Origin: Acutalibacteraceae bacterium
GTDB lineage: Bacteria; Bacillota; Clostridia; Oscillospirales; Acutalibacteraceae
NCBI GenBank assembly: GCA_045629785.1
Contig: JAZQRX010000012.1
Span: 22,135-86,134 of the forward strand
Direction: 5' to 3'
DNA: 64,000 nt
This document shows positions 46,976-57,032 of this stretch, piece by piece. Made by a program: the position numbers and the translations under genes. The notes under the pieces were generated by a model that was not told the origin of the DNA, ran no database searches, and saw nothing but the letters and a program-made list of their open reading frames with translations. Numbering within the stretch: the stretch's first letter is position 1; each line of letters begins with the position of its first letter.

Positions 46976-47210
46976 AAAAATAAACACTCACTTAAAACTG
47001 AAATTAAATACATAAAAAATGTATTTATATGTAATAATATTATACCAAATTCAACTAATTGTAAATTGTCATATATTGAAAATTTAATACTAACTTTTTG
47101 TACATATTATTAAATTTATGCCACTTTATTGAAAAATCATAAATCTTTGTGGTATAATTATTAAAATCAAATTTATTGTAGTGTTCAGATATAAACGGAA
47201 GGATATTTTA

Positions 47211-48155
47211 ATGAAGCTTTCACTTGTTGTGCCTTGCTTTAATGAGCAAGATAATGTTCAGCCCTTTTACGAGGCGGTTGAAAATGCGTTTCATGGTATT
47301 GTGCGTGATTACGAAATAGTTTTTGTGAATGATGGTAGTACAGATAAAACTGCCGAAAATCTAAAGGTTTTATATAATTATCATCAAAGCAAGGTTCAGG
47401 TACTGACATTCAGTCGTAATTTTGGTAAAGAGGCGGCTATTTATGCAGGTCTTTCTCACGCAAAGGGGGATTTGGTATGCATTATAGATGCCGATTTACA
47501 GCAACGCCCTGAGGTTGTTGTTGAAATGCTTCAGGTTATGGCAAGTGATGAAAATATAGATTGTGTTGCCGCTTATCAGGCAAACCGCCGTGAGAGCAAG
47601 TCAATGTCAGCCGTAAAATCAGCTTTTTACAAAGTAATCAATAAAATTGCCGAGGTTGATTTTGTTAACGGAGCTTCTGATTTCAGGTTAATGAAACGCC
47701 CTATGGTTGATGCTGTTTTAAGCCTTAGTGAACGCCATCGTTTTTCGAAGGGTATTTTCAGTTGGGTCGGCTTTAACACAAAGTATATTCCGTATGATGT
47801 TGCCGAGCGACAGTCAGGTGAAACAAAATGGAGTGTGTACAAGCTCTTTAAATATGCCTTTGACGGCATAATTTCATTTTCAACATTCCCGCTTAAGCTT
47901 GCTACGGGTGTGGGTCTTGTCACCTCTGCAATATCAGTTTTATATCTTTTTGTTGTTATTATTCAAAAACTGTTTTTTGGTATAGATGTACCCGGTTATG
48001 CAACCATAGTAGTGCTTGTATTGTTCCTTGGTGGTATGCAGTTGTTTTGCTTGGGCATTCTGGGTGAATATATTTCAAAGCTTTTCATTCAATCAAAAAA
48101 TCGTCCCATTTATATTTTAAAGGAGCATTTGGGTAAAAATGAGCACGAAGATTAA
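47211..48155 (+). CDS. family 2 glycosyltransferase (polyprenyl-phosphate sugar transferase, GtrB-like)
   Basis: LSLVVPCFNE, VNDGSTD and DADLQ motifs, plus two C-terminal transmembrane helices. Confidence 0.85.
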   Translation: MKLSLVVPCFNEQDNVQPFYEAVENAFHGIVRDYEIVFVNDGSTDKTAENLKVLYNYHQSKVQVLTFSRNFGKEAAIYAGLSHAKGDLVCIIDADLQQRPEVVVEMLQVMASDENIDCVAAYQANRRESKSMSAVKSAFYKVINKIAEVDFVNGASDFRLMKRPMVDAVLSLSERHRFSKGIFSWVGFNTKYIPYDVAERQSGETKWSVYKLFKYAFDGIISFSTFPLKLATGVGLVTSAISVLYLFVVIIQKLFFGIDVPGYATIVVLVLFLGGMQLFCLGILGEYISKLFIQSKNRPIYILKEHLGKNEHED

Positions 48156-48621
48156 ACACCTCGTAAAAAAGTACCGCGAAATATTACTTTATGGCGTTTT
48201 TGGTGTTGTAACAACCCTTGCCAATTTGTTTACCTTTTTGTTTTTTACTGCGGTATTAGGTGAGAGCTTTTATCTTTTAAATAATGCACTTGCTTGGCTT
48301 GCAGGTGTAATAGTTGCTTTTTTGACAAATAAAAGCTGGGTTTTCGGCTCTCGTGACTGGGGGCTTCGTCAGGTTTCAAAGGAGTTTGCTGAGTTTGCGG
48401 TTGCACGTCTTTTCAGTTTCGGCTTTGAAGAGGGCGGAATGCTACTGTTCATTACCGTTCTCGGCTGGGGTGCAAATTCTTTTACCTTGTTCGGGTTTGA
48501 AATTACGGGTCAGATTATTGTTAAAACACTCTTATCCGTTGGTGTTGTTATAATGAACTACTTTTTTAGCAAATTCTTTATTTTTAAGAAGAATAACGAA
48601 AAAAAGAAGAAAGAAAAATAA
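48139..48621 (+). CDS. GtrA-family membrane protein
   Basis: Four hydrophobic helices. Overlaps the GT2 gene by 17 nt in the usual GtrB/GtrA pairing. Confidence 0.8.
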   Translation: MSTKIKHLVKKYREILLYGVFGVVTTLANLFTFLFFTAVLGESFYLLNNALAWLAGVIVAFLTNKSWVFGSRDWGLRQVSKEFAEFAVARLFSFGFEEGGMLLFITVLGWGANSFTLFGFEITGQIIVKTLLSVGVVIMNYFFSKFFIFKKNNEKKKKEK

Positions 48622-48629
48622 ATGTAAAA

Positions 48630-48667
48630 AATCCCCTGTGGAACGTTTCACCGTTTCACGGGGGATT
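48630..48667. terminator. bidirectional terminator
   Basis: AATCCCCTGTG ... CACGGGGGATT (one wobble pair) between convergent genes. Confidence 0.6.
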
Positions 48668-48669
48668 GT

Positions 48670-49416
48670 TCATTTTATTTCATATTCAATCGAGTTTATT
48701 ACAAGGCAATCATCGGACTTGAAATGTACTTCCATATCTTTGAACTCGCCCCACTCACCAATATAAACTCTCTGAGGCTTTTTCGATATTTTGAATATCA
48801 GTAATTTTATAGGCTTTTTGTTTTTATGTACATCAACAACGGTATTGCCGCCCAGGGCACCCTGGTCAATGCTGATTATTTGCGCATATTGTGAGCTGTC
48901 GGGAGAATCAATGGTTTTCAAAACCGTATTTTCACCAATGTTTCCGGCAAAAAGACATATAACTAAAAAGAATAGGGTGATAACAAAAGGTAGAAGAAAT
49001 ATAATAATTGTAAGTATTTTTCCCTTTGCGTCTTTGACATGTATTACAGCAAGACTACAGCAACATATGGCGATTAACAGCATACAAATCATAGCGGTAA
49101 GTGTGCAGTAATTGAAACCAAAAATGGCTGTACTTATTAAGGCGAAGAGGGGTGATAGTGAGCATAAAAGCAACGCTTTATCGGATTTCACGTGTTTTTT
49201 AAAAATTATATTTAAAACAACTGTGGCTATTGCTATCACCACACCACCGGCACAATAAAACGTTGGATATGTTACTTCAAATCTATATCCACAAACACTG
49301 CAAAGTATCAGAAAAGCAGGGTAAAGGATAATAAACCCGAATAAAACATAGATTGAGATTGTGGCAATTAGAGCTTTATTATCTTTGTATTCACAGGCAA
49401 TATGATTGTTTTTCAT
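48670..49416 (-). CDS. hypothetical polytopic membrane protein
   Basis: 248 aa with 5-6 hydrophobic helices and a soluble C-terminal ~70 aa. Confidence 0.6.
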   Translation of the reverse strand: MKNNHIACEYKDNKALIATISIYVLFGFIILYPAFLILCSVCGYRFEVTYPTFYCAGGVVIAIATVVLNIIFKKHVKSDKALLLCSLSPLFALISTAIFGFNYCTLTAMICMLLIAICCCSLAVIHVKDAKGKILTIIIFLLPFVITLFFLVICLFAGNIGENTVLKTIDSPDSSQYAQIISIDQGALGGNTVVDVHKNKKPIKLLIFKISKKPQRVYIGEWGEFKDMEVHFKSDDCLVINSIEYEIK

Positions 49417-49529
49417 AATATCACCTCCATCACAATTATAACACGAAGGGTGTTTGTTTTCAAGAAAAGGTGTATTTATTGATTGTTACCATGGTGATTG
49501 AGATATGATTTTTCTGTGAACTTATATAC

Positions 49530-49557
49530 TTGACAAATGTCTTTTGTTTGATATAAT
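49530..49557 (+). promoter_or_regulatory. sigma-A-type promoter of the tRNA gene
   Basis: TTGACA (49530-49535), 16-nt spacer, TGaTATAAT (-10 at 49552-49557). Confidence 0.65.
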
Positions 49558-49582
49558 TATCAATGTTGTTTAATAAATATCT

Positions 49583-49657
49583 GCCTCCATAGTTAAATGG
49601 ATATAATAAACCCCTCCTAAGGGTTAGTTATAGGTTCGATTCCTATTGGGGGTGCCA
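49583..49657 (+). tRNA. tRNA-Arg (anticodon CCU)
   Basis: Hand-folded cloverleaf. The 7-bp acceptor stem GCCTCCA/TGGGGGT has two G-U pairs. The D-loop contains GG. The anticodon stem is AACCC/GGGTT with loop CTCCTAA, the T-arm is ATAGG-TTCGATT-CCTAT, and the CCA end is encoded. Confidence 0.85.
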
Positions 49658-49692
49658 AAAAAGCACTTGAACATCTTGTTCAAGTGCTTTTT
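49658..49692 (+). terminator. rho-independent terminator after the tRNA
   Basis: AGCACTTGAAC-atctt-GTTCAAGTGCT followed by TTTT. Confidence 0.8.
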
Positions 49693-49800
49693 GCTAGTTG
49701 ATTAAGTTTGACTCAATTTTTGATAAATAATATAACTATTGCTTTTTGTTTATTAGGGGTGCTATAATCATCTTACCAAATTAAATTACGGGGTGATTTT

Positions 49801-50667
49801 ATGTTCAAAATCAATAACTTTGTAAACAATGATGATATAGATATCATTGCCGAAAAGGGACCATTTAAGGTTGCACAGTACAAAAGGGACCTCAGCGTTT
49901 CTCCTGCAACTGCAATGAATGCATATTTCTGCGATGAAATGAATATCAGAAAACGTCAGGTTATATGCGATCTCTCAAAATCTTCCGGCATTGTTTGTCA
50001 GTCAGGTGCAATGCAGTGGACTGTCGGTAACGTGAATGCCACAACAGGTGTAAAGGGCGCGGGCGATTTCCTCGGTAAGCTTGTAAAGGGTAAGGTTACG
50101 GGTGAAAGTGCAATCAAGCCTGAATACGTTGGTGACGGTGTTTTGGTTTTGGAGCCTACATACAGACACATTATTTTGCTTGATACAGCTGCGTGGAACG
50201 GCAGGGTTGTTCTTGATGATGGTCTTTTTCTTGCTTGCGAAGCTTCAATAAAACAAAAGCTTGTTGCGCGTTCAAATGTTTCTTCCGCTGTCCTTGGCGG
50301 TGAAGGCTTATTCAATCTTGCTCTTGAGGGTATGGGTACAGCTGTTCTTGAGTGCCGTTGCCCGAGGGAAGAGCTTATTGAGGTTGAGCTTAGCGACGAT
50401 GTTCTTAAGGTTGATGGGAATTTTGCTATTGCGTGGAGTGATACACTTAGCTTTAGTGTTGAACGTTCAGGTAAAACGCTTGTCGGCTCTGCCGCATCGG
50501 GTGAGGGCTTTGTTAACGTATATCGCGGCTCAGGTAAGGTTCTCCTTGCTCCCGTTGACAGAACAATCGGCGGACTTACAAACCCTGCTACACCTACTTC
50601 AGGTGGTAGTAAAGCAGCAGGTGCGTTAGGCTCACTTTTGGGCGGAATCGCAGAAGCACTTGATTAA
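49801..50667 (+). CDS. AIM24/DUF124 (TIGR00266-like) family protein
   Basis: GAMQW, GESAIKP..GDGVLVLEP and GGEGLFNLALEGMGTAVLE..., the repeated beta-rich pattern typical of AIM24, plus a Gly-rich C-terminal tail. Confidence 0.65.
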   Translation: MFKINNFVNNDDIDIIAEKGPFKVAQYKRDLSVSPATAMNAYFCDEMNIRKRQVICDLSKSSGIVCQSGAMQWTVGNVNATTGVKGAGDFLGKLVKGKVTGESAIKPEYVGDGVLVLEPTYRHIILLDTAAWNGRVVLDDGLFLACEASIKQKLVARSNVSSAVLGGEGLFNLALEGMGTAVLECRCPREELIEVELSDDVLKVDGNFAIAWSDTLSFSVERSGKTLVGSAASGEGFVNVYRGSGKVLLAPVDRTIGGLTNPATPTSGGSKAAGALGSLLGGIAEALD

Positions 50668-50690
50668 TTTTAAAATTCATAACTTTTACA

Positions 50691-50717
50691 GAGCAGACCT
50701 CGGTCTGCTCTTTTTTT
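50691..50717 (+). terminator. rho-independent terminator
   Basis: GAGCAGAC-ctcg-GTCTGCTC followed by T7. Confidence 0.8.
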
Positions 50718-50764
50718 CATAAAAACATCTTTTTTTCAAATAATAATATTGAAAGGAGCTTGTT

Positions 50765-51016
50765 ATGAAAAATAATAAAAATGAATTTAATACTGAATTA
50801 TCTGTCGAAAAATTTATCCGTAACCCCGAAACTGTTGATGAAATGCTCAACTCATACGGTACGTATAATATTCAACCTACAGCTATAAATGAAAATGATT
50901 TTCCTGCAATAGCACAGGGTGAAAATAAGCGGATGAAGGATCGGCCTCATGAGTTCTTTCGTGGGCAGGGTGACAAAAATCCTGCATCAGATACAACTAA
51001 AAAAGAAGCGTACTGA
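50765..51016 (+). CDS. hypothetical small hydrophilic protein (83 aa)
   Basis: AGGAG RBS (50754-50758). I recognise no motif. Confidence 0.45.
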   Translation: MKNNKNEFNTELSVEKFIRNPETVDEMLNSYGTYNIQPTAINENDFPAIAQGENKRMKDRPHEFFRGQGDKNPASDTTKKEAY

Positions 51017-51084
51017 ATGTAACAAAGTGTTACTGAAGCTGTATTTGTAACATAATTGTATCATTATTGTAACCGCCTGTTTCG

Positions 51085-51113
51085 TTGACTTTGGGGGTAG
51101 CGTTTGTTATAAT
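51085..51113 (+). promoter_or_regulatory. sigma-A-type promoter
   Basis: TTGACT (51085-51090), 17-nt spacer, TATAAT (51108-51113). Confidence 0.65.
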
Positions 51114-51146
51114 TTCACCACAAATTCTGTTGAAAGGGTGTGTGGT

Positions 51147-52004
51147 ATGAGTATAAATAATGCAGATAATAATCAGCATAAAGAACAAGTGAATGCTGAT
51201 AAAACAAGCACCACATCTCCCTTTGTGAAAGGCGTTATTATAACGTGTTGCCTGGTTATTGTGGCAATTATCGTAGTGACAGCACTTTCTGTTATAAATA
51301 ATTCGGGTGAAATCACGCCTACTGCCGAGGCGCGAAGTATTGATCAGCCTGTTGTTGTACCTGCCGAGGTTGATGCATCCGTTTATGGCTATGTTAGTGA
51401 GGTTGATATTCAACCTGATATTCTGCCTGAGAAATCAGAATGTAGTCAGCTTATTCTTGCAGATTGTGATGGATCAGATGTTAAAATCGACTTTTTTGAG
51501 TTGATTGATAACAAGTGGGTTCATCGACTTTCTACTTCGGGCAAATGTGGGTCAAACGGCACAACCAAAAATAAAACTGATGGTGATTTGTGTACCCCGG
51601 AGGGTGAGTTTGAGCTTACATTTTGTTGCGGTATAAGTAAGCCTACAACCAACCTTGATTTTCAATGGGTAGATTCAGATACTGTTTGGGTTGATGACCC
51701 CGATTCAGTTTATTATAATACCATTCAATCATCTGTCATTAAAGGTGAGTGGAATTCTGCCGAGTTACTTTATACCGATTATTTCAGCAATAAAAGCCAT
51801 AATTATTGTATAAATATTGCAGTTAATGGTGACGGCTTAACCCGTGGTGAAGCAATTCCGGGCAAGGGCGCTTTCATAACAATTTGCGGTAAAACTACGC
51901 CACTTAAAGAAACCGAAGGCTGTATTGATATACCTGCCTCGCAGATGTCGGCTTTACTCGGTTATCTTGATGCTAATAAAAACCCCGAAATTATAATTTA
52001 TTAA
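51147..52004 (+). CDS. membrane-anchored protein with YkuD-like (L,D-transpeptidase fold) C-terminal domain, putative
   Basis: N-terminal transmembrane helix. DGDLCTPEGEF and ...GAFITICG...TEGCIDIP resemble the (S/T)xGC(I/V) active-site block of YkuD-like domains. AAGGGTG RBS. Confidence 0.4.
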   Translation: MSINNADNNQHKEQVNADKTSTTSPFVKGVIITCCLVIVAIIVVTALSVINNSGEITPTAEARSIDQPVVVPAEVDASVYGYVSEVDIQPDILPEKSECSQLILADCDGSDVKIDFFELIDNKWVHRLSTSGKCGSNGTTKNKTDGDLCTPEGEFELTFCCGISKPTTNLDFQWVDSDTVWVDDPDSVYYNTIQSSVIKGEWNSAELLYTDYFSNKSHNYCINIAVNGDGLTRGEAIPGKGAFITICGKTTPLKETEGCIDIPASQMSALLGYLDANKNPEIIIY

Positions 52005-52019
52005 AATCAAACTTTTGTG

Positions 52020-52049
52020 ACTCCTGTAAGAAATTACGGGAGTTTTTTC
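52020..52049 (+). terminator. rho-independent terminator
   Basis: ACTCCTGTA-agaaat-TACGGGAGT (one wobble pair) followed by TTTTTTC. Confidence 0.7.
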
Positions 52050-52188
52050 TTTTTGTCTTTATAAGAACATTTTTTTGATAGTATAAGCGTTTTTGCGACA
52101 AAAATATTCATATATGCGTTTCATAAAGTGACATTTTTTTCTTGTCATATTGTTTAAAATTGTAAAAAACAGTTATTGGAGTTTTATT

Positions 52189-54528
52189 ATGAGTGTTTTG
52201 CAAGGTGCAAGGGTTGTTTCAAAGGGTGTTTTAAAGAAGGATAATTCAAAAATAAAAGATAATGTAATCAGACACACGTTATCTTTTTTTTGCGGTATGC
52301 TATTTACTTTTGCCGGGTTTGGTAATAATTTTTCACCATTTGGTGTTTCTTTTTCTTGTAGTGTGCCGTCGCCATATTTGTTAACATCAACAATCGGCGT
52401 CATTGTTGGGTGCTTTATCAGTCTTGATTCTGTTTCTGCTCTCAGGTATACCGCAACCGCACTCGCTATGACCGTTATTATGATTTCTTTTAAATCTATG
52501 GGTCAATTACATAAAAATCCCGCTGTAAAGGTTGGGGTTGTTTTTGTTACATTATTTGTAACAGGCTTTGCAATTGCATTTGCTGACGGATTATCATCAA
52601 TGAATATCTTGTTGTGCTTTTCGGAAAGCGTAATCGGCGGTGCATCTGCATTTATTTTTAACAGATGTCTGCACGTGTTAAATTCATCAAAAGGTTTATC
52701 CGCAGTATCCTCAAAGGATGCAACTGCATTTGTTGTTACTGTTACCTTGCTGTTGTTATCTATAAATGAAATCAATGTATACAGCATTTATCCTGCACAC
52801 ATAATCGCAGGGCTTCTGATACTCGTTTGTGGCTTTTATGGGGGCGAGTCAGGTGGTGCAATAGTTGGCATATGTGCAGGTATAACCACAACCCTTACCG
52901 ATGGTGCAACGGAGCTTTCTGCTTTTTATTCACTGGGTGGTTTACTTTGCGGTGTATTTTCACGCTTCGGTAAAATCCCTTGCGCTTTGGCTTTTGCTTT
53001 TTCAGGACTTGCCGTAACCATTTTGTCAAATGGTGCACAATCAATTGTAACCCTTGGTATAGAAACTGCCATTTCTGCAGTTTTGTTTTTGATAATAACT
53101 TATCGTTTTAACAGTAGCTTCGAAAAATTGCTTGTTCCCGTTGTAACATCGCCTGTAATAGAGTCTGTAAAAAGCGACATTGTATCAAAACTGCGTCGGG
53201 CAGCGGATTTTTCAACTGAAATATGTACTTCTGTAACAGCGGTAAACAATGCTTTGCAAAAGAGTGAAAGTGCAGATTACGTTGATATTATCAAAAAAAC
53301 CAAAAACAACGTGTGTGGCTCCTGTGGACTTTATGACAACTGTTGGAAGGAGTCCTTGCAAACCACAGTACAAAGCTTCAATACCTTGCTTGATTTAAAG
53401 AAAAATGGTGTTTACCTTGAGTATAAAACAGTACCGCAGGGCTTTTCATCTACTTGTATCAGGTCTGAAAATATAAGCAGTAGCTTTAACAAGCTTTATT
53501 CGGAATACAAGGTGAAATTTCTGACTGAAAACAGGATGAATGAAATATATTCCCTTGCAACCGAGCAATTTGTTAACGTGGCAGAGTTACTTAATTCATT
53601 AAGCGATACAATCCATCAGAGCGTAAAATTTGATATGGAGGCTGCCGCACAAATCCGCCTTATTGCAACAGATTGTGGGCTTGAGGTTGTTAATTGTGTA
53701 TGCGTTCTTAATGATACCGATAAAATGAAAGTTGAACTGCAGATTAAGAATGATTATACCAAAGATGCGCTCCTTAGCTTTAATGACAGGGTTGAAGCTA
53801 CCATAAAACGTAAATTGGATTTACCTGAAAAAGAGCAATACGATGATTGTGTGAAATTCATTTATAAAGAAATGGCAGATTATAAAATAATAAATTCAGC
53901 GGTGCAATACAATGCAGGTAATGAAAAATATTCGGGCGACAGTTATTCTTGCTTTCAGGATGGTAACGGCTATTTTTATGCAGTTATATGCGATGGTATG
54001 GGTACAGGCACAAGGGCGGCTATAACCTCGTCACTTGCTGTAAGCCTTCTTGAAAAGCTCATAAAAGCAGGATTTGGTGTAAAGCCATCTATAAAAACAA
54101 TCAACACCTGCCTTATATCAAAATCGGGCGATGAATGTTCATCATCTTTAGATTTGTTTTGTGTTGATTTGTATACAGGCTATGCCGAGTTCTATAAATG
54201 CGGTGCAGCTGATACCCTTGTTAAAAAGAGGGGGAGGGTCGTTGATATCGGCTTCGAATCCTTACCGCTTGGTATTCTTGGTGAGTGCGATATTGCTTGT
54301 GGTACAGGTTACCTTGATTCTGGCGATATTGTTGTGCTTTGTTCAGATGGTGTGCGCCCCGAGGATTATTATGACATAAGGCAGAGTCTAAAAAAATTCA
54401 AGGGTGGTAGTGTAAAAGTATTTACAGAAAAATTCACCGAAGAAGTAAGAAAAAAACAACCCGAAAAAAATGATGATATGACAGTATTAACACTTGTTTT
54501 AACAAAGAATGGAGAAAATGATGTATAA
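52189..54528 (+). CDS. spoIIE: stage II sporulation protein E (membrane PP2C phosphatase)
   Basis: About 10 N-terminal transmembrane helices, a central regulatory region, and a C-terminal PP2C domain (SGDSYS..., VICDGMGTG, DDMTVL). Confidence 0.9.
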   Translation: MSVLQGARVVSKGVLKKDNSKIKDNVIRHTLSFFCGMLFTFAGFGNNFSPFGVSFSCSVPSPYLLTSTIGVIVGCFISLDSVSALRYTATALAMTVIMISFKSMGQLHKNPAVKVGVVFVTLFVTGFAIAFADGLSSMNILLCFSESVIGGASAFIFNRCLHVLNSSKGLSAVSSKDATAFVVTVTLLLLSINEINVYSIYPAHIIAGLLILVCGFYGGESGGAIVGICAGITTTLTDGATELSAFYSLGGLLCGVFSRFGKIPCALAFAFSGLAVTILSNGAQSIVTLGIETAISAVLFLIITYRFNSSFEKLLVPVVTSPVIESVKSDIVSKLRRAADFSTEICTSVTAVNNALQKSESADYVDIIKKTKNNVCGSCGLYDNCWKESLQTTVQSFNTLLDLKKNGVYLEYKTVPQGFSSTCIRSENISSSFNKLYSEYKVKFLTENRMNEIYSLATEQFVNVAELLNSLSDTIHQSVKFDMEAAAQIRLIATDCGLEVVNCVCVLNDTDKMKVELQIKNDYTKDALLSFNDRVEATIKRKLDLPEKEQYDDCVKFIYKEMADYKIINSAVQYNAGNEKYSGDSYSCFQDGNGYFYAVICDGMGTGTRAAITSSLAVSLLEKLIKAGFGVKPSIKTINTCLISKSGDECSSSLDLFCVDLYTGYAEFYKCGAADTLVKKRGRVVDIGFESLPLGILGECDIACGTGYLDSGDIVVLCSDGVRPEDYYDIRQSLKKFKGGSVKVFTEKFTEEVRKKQPEKNDDMTVLTLVLTKNGENDV

Positions 54529-56944
54529 ATTCACAGGCTTTACAGACGTAGCAAATAATGCCCTGAATTACGCAGTAGAGACTGCCGAAAATATGGGGCA
54601 TACATACATTGGTAGTGAGCATCTTTTGCTTGGGCTTTTATCAGATTCACGTATGGTATCTGCATCGGTGCTTGGGCTGAAAAGGGTAACTATGAAAAAA
54701 GCAGAGGAGCAAATAAAGGCGCGTATAGGTGTAGGCTTGCCAACAAACCTTACACCCGATGATATAACGCCACGTTGCCGTAAAATAATTGAAAGTGCCT
54801 TGTCTGCTGTAAAACCAACACCATCGTCAGATGCAGGTACAGAGCAATTGCTTCTGGCACTTGCCGGGGAGGGTGAGTGTGCTGCTTGTAAAATACTTAT
54901 AAGCCTTGGTGTGCAACCGTATGAAATATTAATGCCACCTCGCAATAAGCGGAGCGATAGCGACAGTAAAAGCAGTAAGGATTCAAAAACCTCAACAGCA
55001 ACACTTGATAAATATGGTAAAGACCTGACAGCACTTGCCCGTAATGGTGAAATAGACCCTGTCATAGGTCGTGATAAAGAGCTTGAGCGTGTGACAGAAA
55101 TTCTTTGCCGTCGCACCAAAAACAACCCTTGCCTTATTGGTGAATCGGGCGTGGGTAAAACCGCTGTTGCCGAGGCACTTGCTTTGCAGATTGCACGTGG
55201 TACAGTACCTGCACCTCTAAAATCCAAAAGGGTGATAAGCGTTGATTTAACCTGTATGGTTGCAGGTACAAAATATCGGGGCGATTTTGAAGAGCGTATA
55301 AAAAATATTGTAGAGGAGGTTTGCCGTGAAGGTAACGTTATACTTTTTATTGATGAGCTTCACAATATAGTAGGGGCAGGGTCTGCCGAGGGTGCGGTCG
55401 ATGCGGCAAATATTTTAAAGCCATCTCTTGCACGTGGTGAAATACAGGTTATAGGCGCTACAACTGTTGATGAGTACCGAAAGTATATTGAAAAAGATTC
55501 TGCTTTAGAAAGGCGTTTTCAAACGGTTTCTGTTGAAGAGCCAACACCTGAGGATGCGGTTATTATGTTGCAGGGTCTTAAAAGCCGATACGAAAATCAT
55601 CACAAGGTTGAAATTTCAGACGATGCCATTTTTGATGCTGTAAGACTCAGCATAAGGTATATAAATGATAGGTTTTTACCCGATAAAGCCATTGATTTAA
55701 TTGACGAGGCTGCCGCAAAGGTTCGTTTGCAGGGGTATACTGTGCCCGATGAGGTTTTGTTACTTGAAAATAAGCTTGAAACAACAATATCACAAAAGCA
55801 GGATGCGGTAAAAAACCAGGATTTTGAAACTGCCGCAGGTCTGCGTGATAAAGAAAAAGCCGTAATGAAAGAGCTACGTAATGCAAAGCAATTGTGGGAG
55901 GATTCTTTAGAAAACACACGGCGCACCGTAACAAGTGACGATGTTGCGCAGGTTGTTTCTATGTGGACTAATATACCCGTTGCACGTATAACCCAGGCAG
56001 AGAGTGAACGGCTTTTAGAGCTTGAAAAAACATTACATAAACGCATAGTGGGGCAGGAGGAGTGCGTAACAGCCGTATCAAAGGCAATACGTCGAGGGCG
56101 TTCTGTTTTTAAAAATCCAAAAAGACCCATAGGCTCATTTTTGCTGTTAGGCCCTACAGGTGTTGGTAAAACAGAATTAACCAAAGCCCTTGCCCAATCT
56201 CTTTTTGGCTCTGAGCAACGAATAATACGCTTTGATATGTCTGAGTATATGGAAAAACACTCTGCATCAAAGCTTGTAGGTGCACCACCAGGTTATGTAG
56301 GCTTTGATGATGGTGGTCAGTTAACAACCCAAATCAGGCGTCACCCATATTCTATTGTTTTGTTTGATGAAATTGAAAAAGCCGATACCGAAATATTTAA
56401 CCTTTTACTTCAGATTTTAGAGGACGGTATTTTGACTGACTCAAACGGCAAAAAAGCCGATTTTAAAAATAGCGTAATTATAATGACCTCAAATATAGGC
56501 GCAAAGCTGATTACCAATAAAAACGCTATGGGCTTTACAGATGATTATGACGAAAATCGTCATTACACCCGTATGAAAAGCCTTGTTGTTGACGAGGTTA
56601 AGCATTTTTTTAAACCCGAGTTTGTAAACAGAATTGATGAAATAATTGTTTTTTCACTACTCACCAAAGAACAGATTGTTGAAATAACACGCAATATGCT
56701 TGATGATTTTAAACAGCGGTGCAAATCAACGGGTATTGAAGTTGATTTTACCGACAAGGTGATAACTGCACTTGCAGAAATCGGTACCGATTCACAATAC
56801 GGTGCCCGTCCCTTAAGACGCGCCATCACAACCCATATAGAAGATACCTTTGCCGAAAAATACCTGACGGGGGAAATAAAACAAGGTATGCACCTTGTGT
56901 GTGATTGGGGAAATGATAAGGTTGAATTAATTATAAATAAATAG
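54518..56944 (+). CDS. clpC: ATP-dependent Clp protease ATP-binding subunit ClpC
   Basis: Clp_N repeats ([11 protein letters not shown]), two AAA+ modules (GESGVGKTA and GPTGVGKTE) and a UVR-like linker ([13 protein letters not shown]). The start overlaps the spoIIE 3' end. Confidence 0.9.
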   Translation: MMYKFTGFTDVANNALNYAVETAENMGHTYIGSEHLLLGLLSDSRMVSASVLGLKRVTMKKAEEQIKARIGVGLPTNLTPDDITPRCRKIIESALSAVKPTPSSDAGTEQLLLALAGEGECAACKILISLGVQPYEILMPPRNKRSDSDSKSSKDSKTSTATLDKYGKDLTALARNGEIDPVIGRDKELERVTEILCRRTKNNPCLIGESGVGKTAVAEALALQIARGTVPAPLKSKRVISVDLTCMVAGTKYRGDFEERIKNIVEEVCREGNVILFIDELHNIVGAGSAEGAVDAANILKPSLARGEIQVIGATTVDEYRKYIEKDSALERRFQTVSVEEPTPEDAVIMLQGLKSRYENHHKVEISDDAIFDAVRLSIRYINDRFLPDKAIDLIDEAAAKVRLQGYTVPDEVLLLENKLETTISQKQDAVKNQDFETAAGLRDKEKAVMKELRNAKQLWEDSLENTRRTVTSDDVAQVVSMWTNIPVARITQAESERLLELEKTLHKRIVGQEECVTAVSKAIRRGRSVFKNPKRPIGSFLLLGPTGVGKTELTKALAQSLFGSEQRIIRFDMSEYMEKHSASKLVGAPPGYVGFDDGGQLTTQIRRHPYSIVLFDEIEKADTEIFNLLLQILEDGILTDSNGKKADFKNSVIIMTSNIGAKLITNKNAMGFTDDYDENRHYTRMKSLVVDEVKHFFKPEFVNRIDEIIVFSLLTKEQIVEITRNMLDDFKQRCKSTGIEVDFTDKVITALAEIGTDSQYGARPLRRAITTHIEDTFAEKYLTGEIKQGMHLVCDWGNDKVELIINK

Positions 56945-57032
56945 TTTTTAATTAAAAATTTTGGAACGCTACGCGTAGATTATAATTAACCTACCATAAT
57001 AAACGCATTTATGGGTTTAAATAGATTAACAA

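Noticed and set aside
51030-51413. Minus-strand ORF of 127 aa
   Set aside because: It overlaps the promoter and 5' end of the better-supported plus-strand gene, is Asn/Ile/Cys-rich and has no RBS.
49583-52100. Integrated genomic island at tRNA-Arg
   Set aside because: There is no integrase, recombinase or phage gene. I could find no direct repeat of the tRNA 3' end, and the composition looks like the rest of the window.
54568-56184. Long antisense ORFs inside clpC (54568-55227, 219 aa; 55600-56184, 194 aa). Similar ones occur inside metH, lon and lepA.
   Set aside because: They lie entirely within well-supported genes on the other strand, are Ser/Ala/Arg-rich and low in complexity, and have no RBS. 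This is a typical codon-bias artefact.
56968-56977. 10-bp perfect palindrome CTACGCGTAG downstream of clpC
   Set aside because: It is an isolated short palindrome with no T-run or partner site, and I cannot attach a function.
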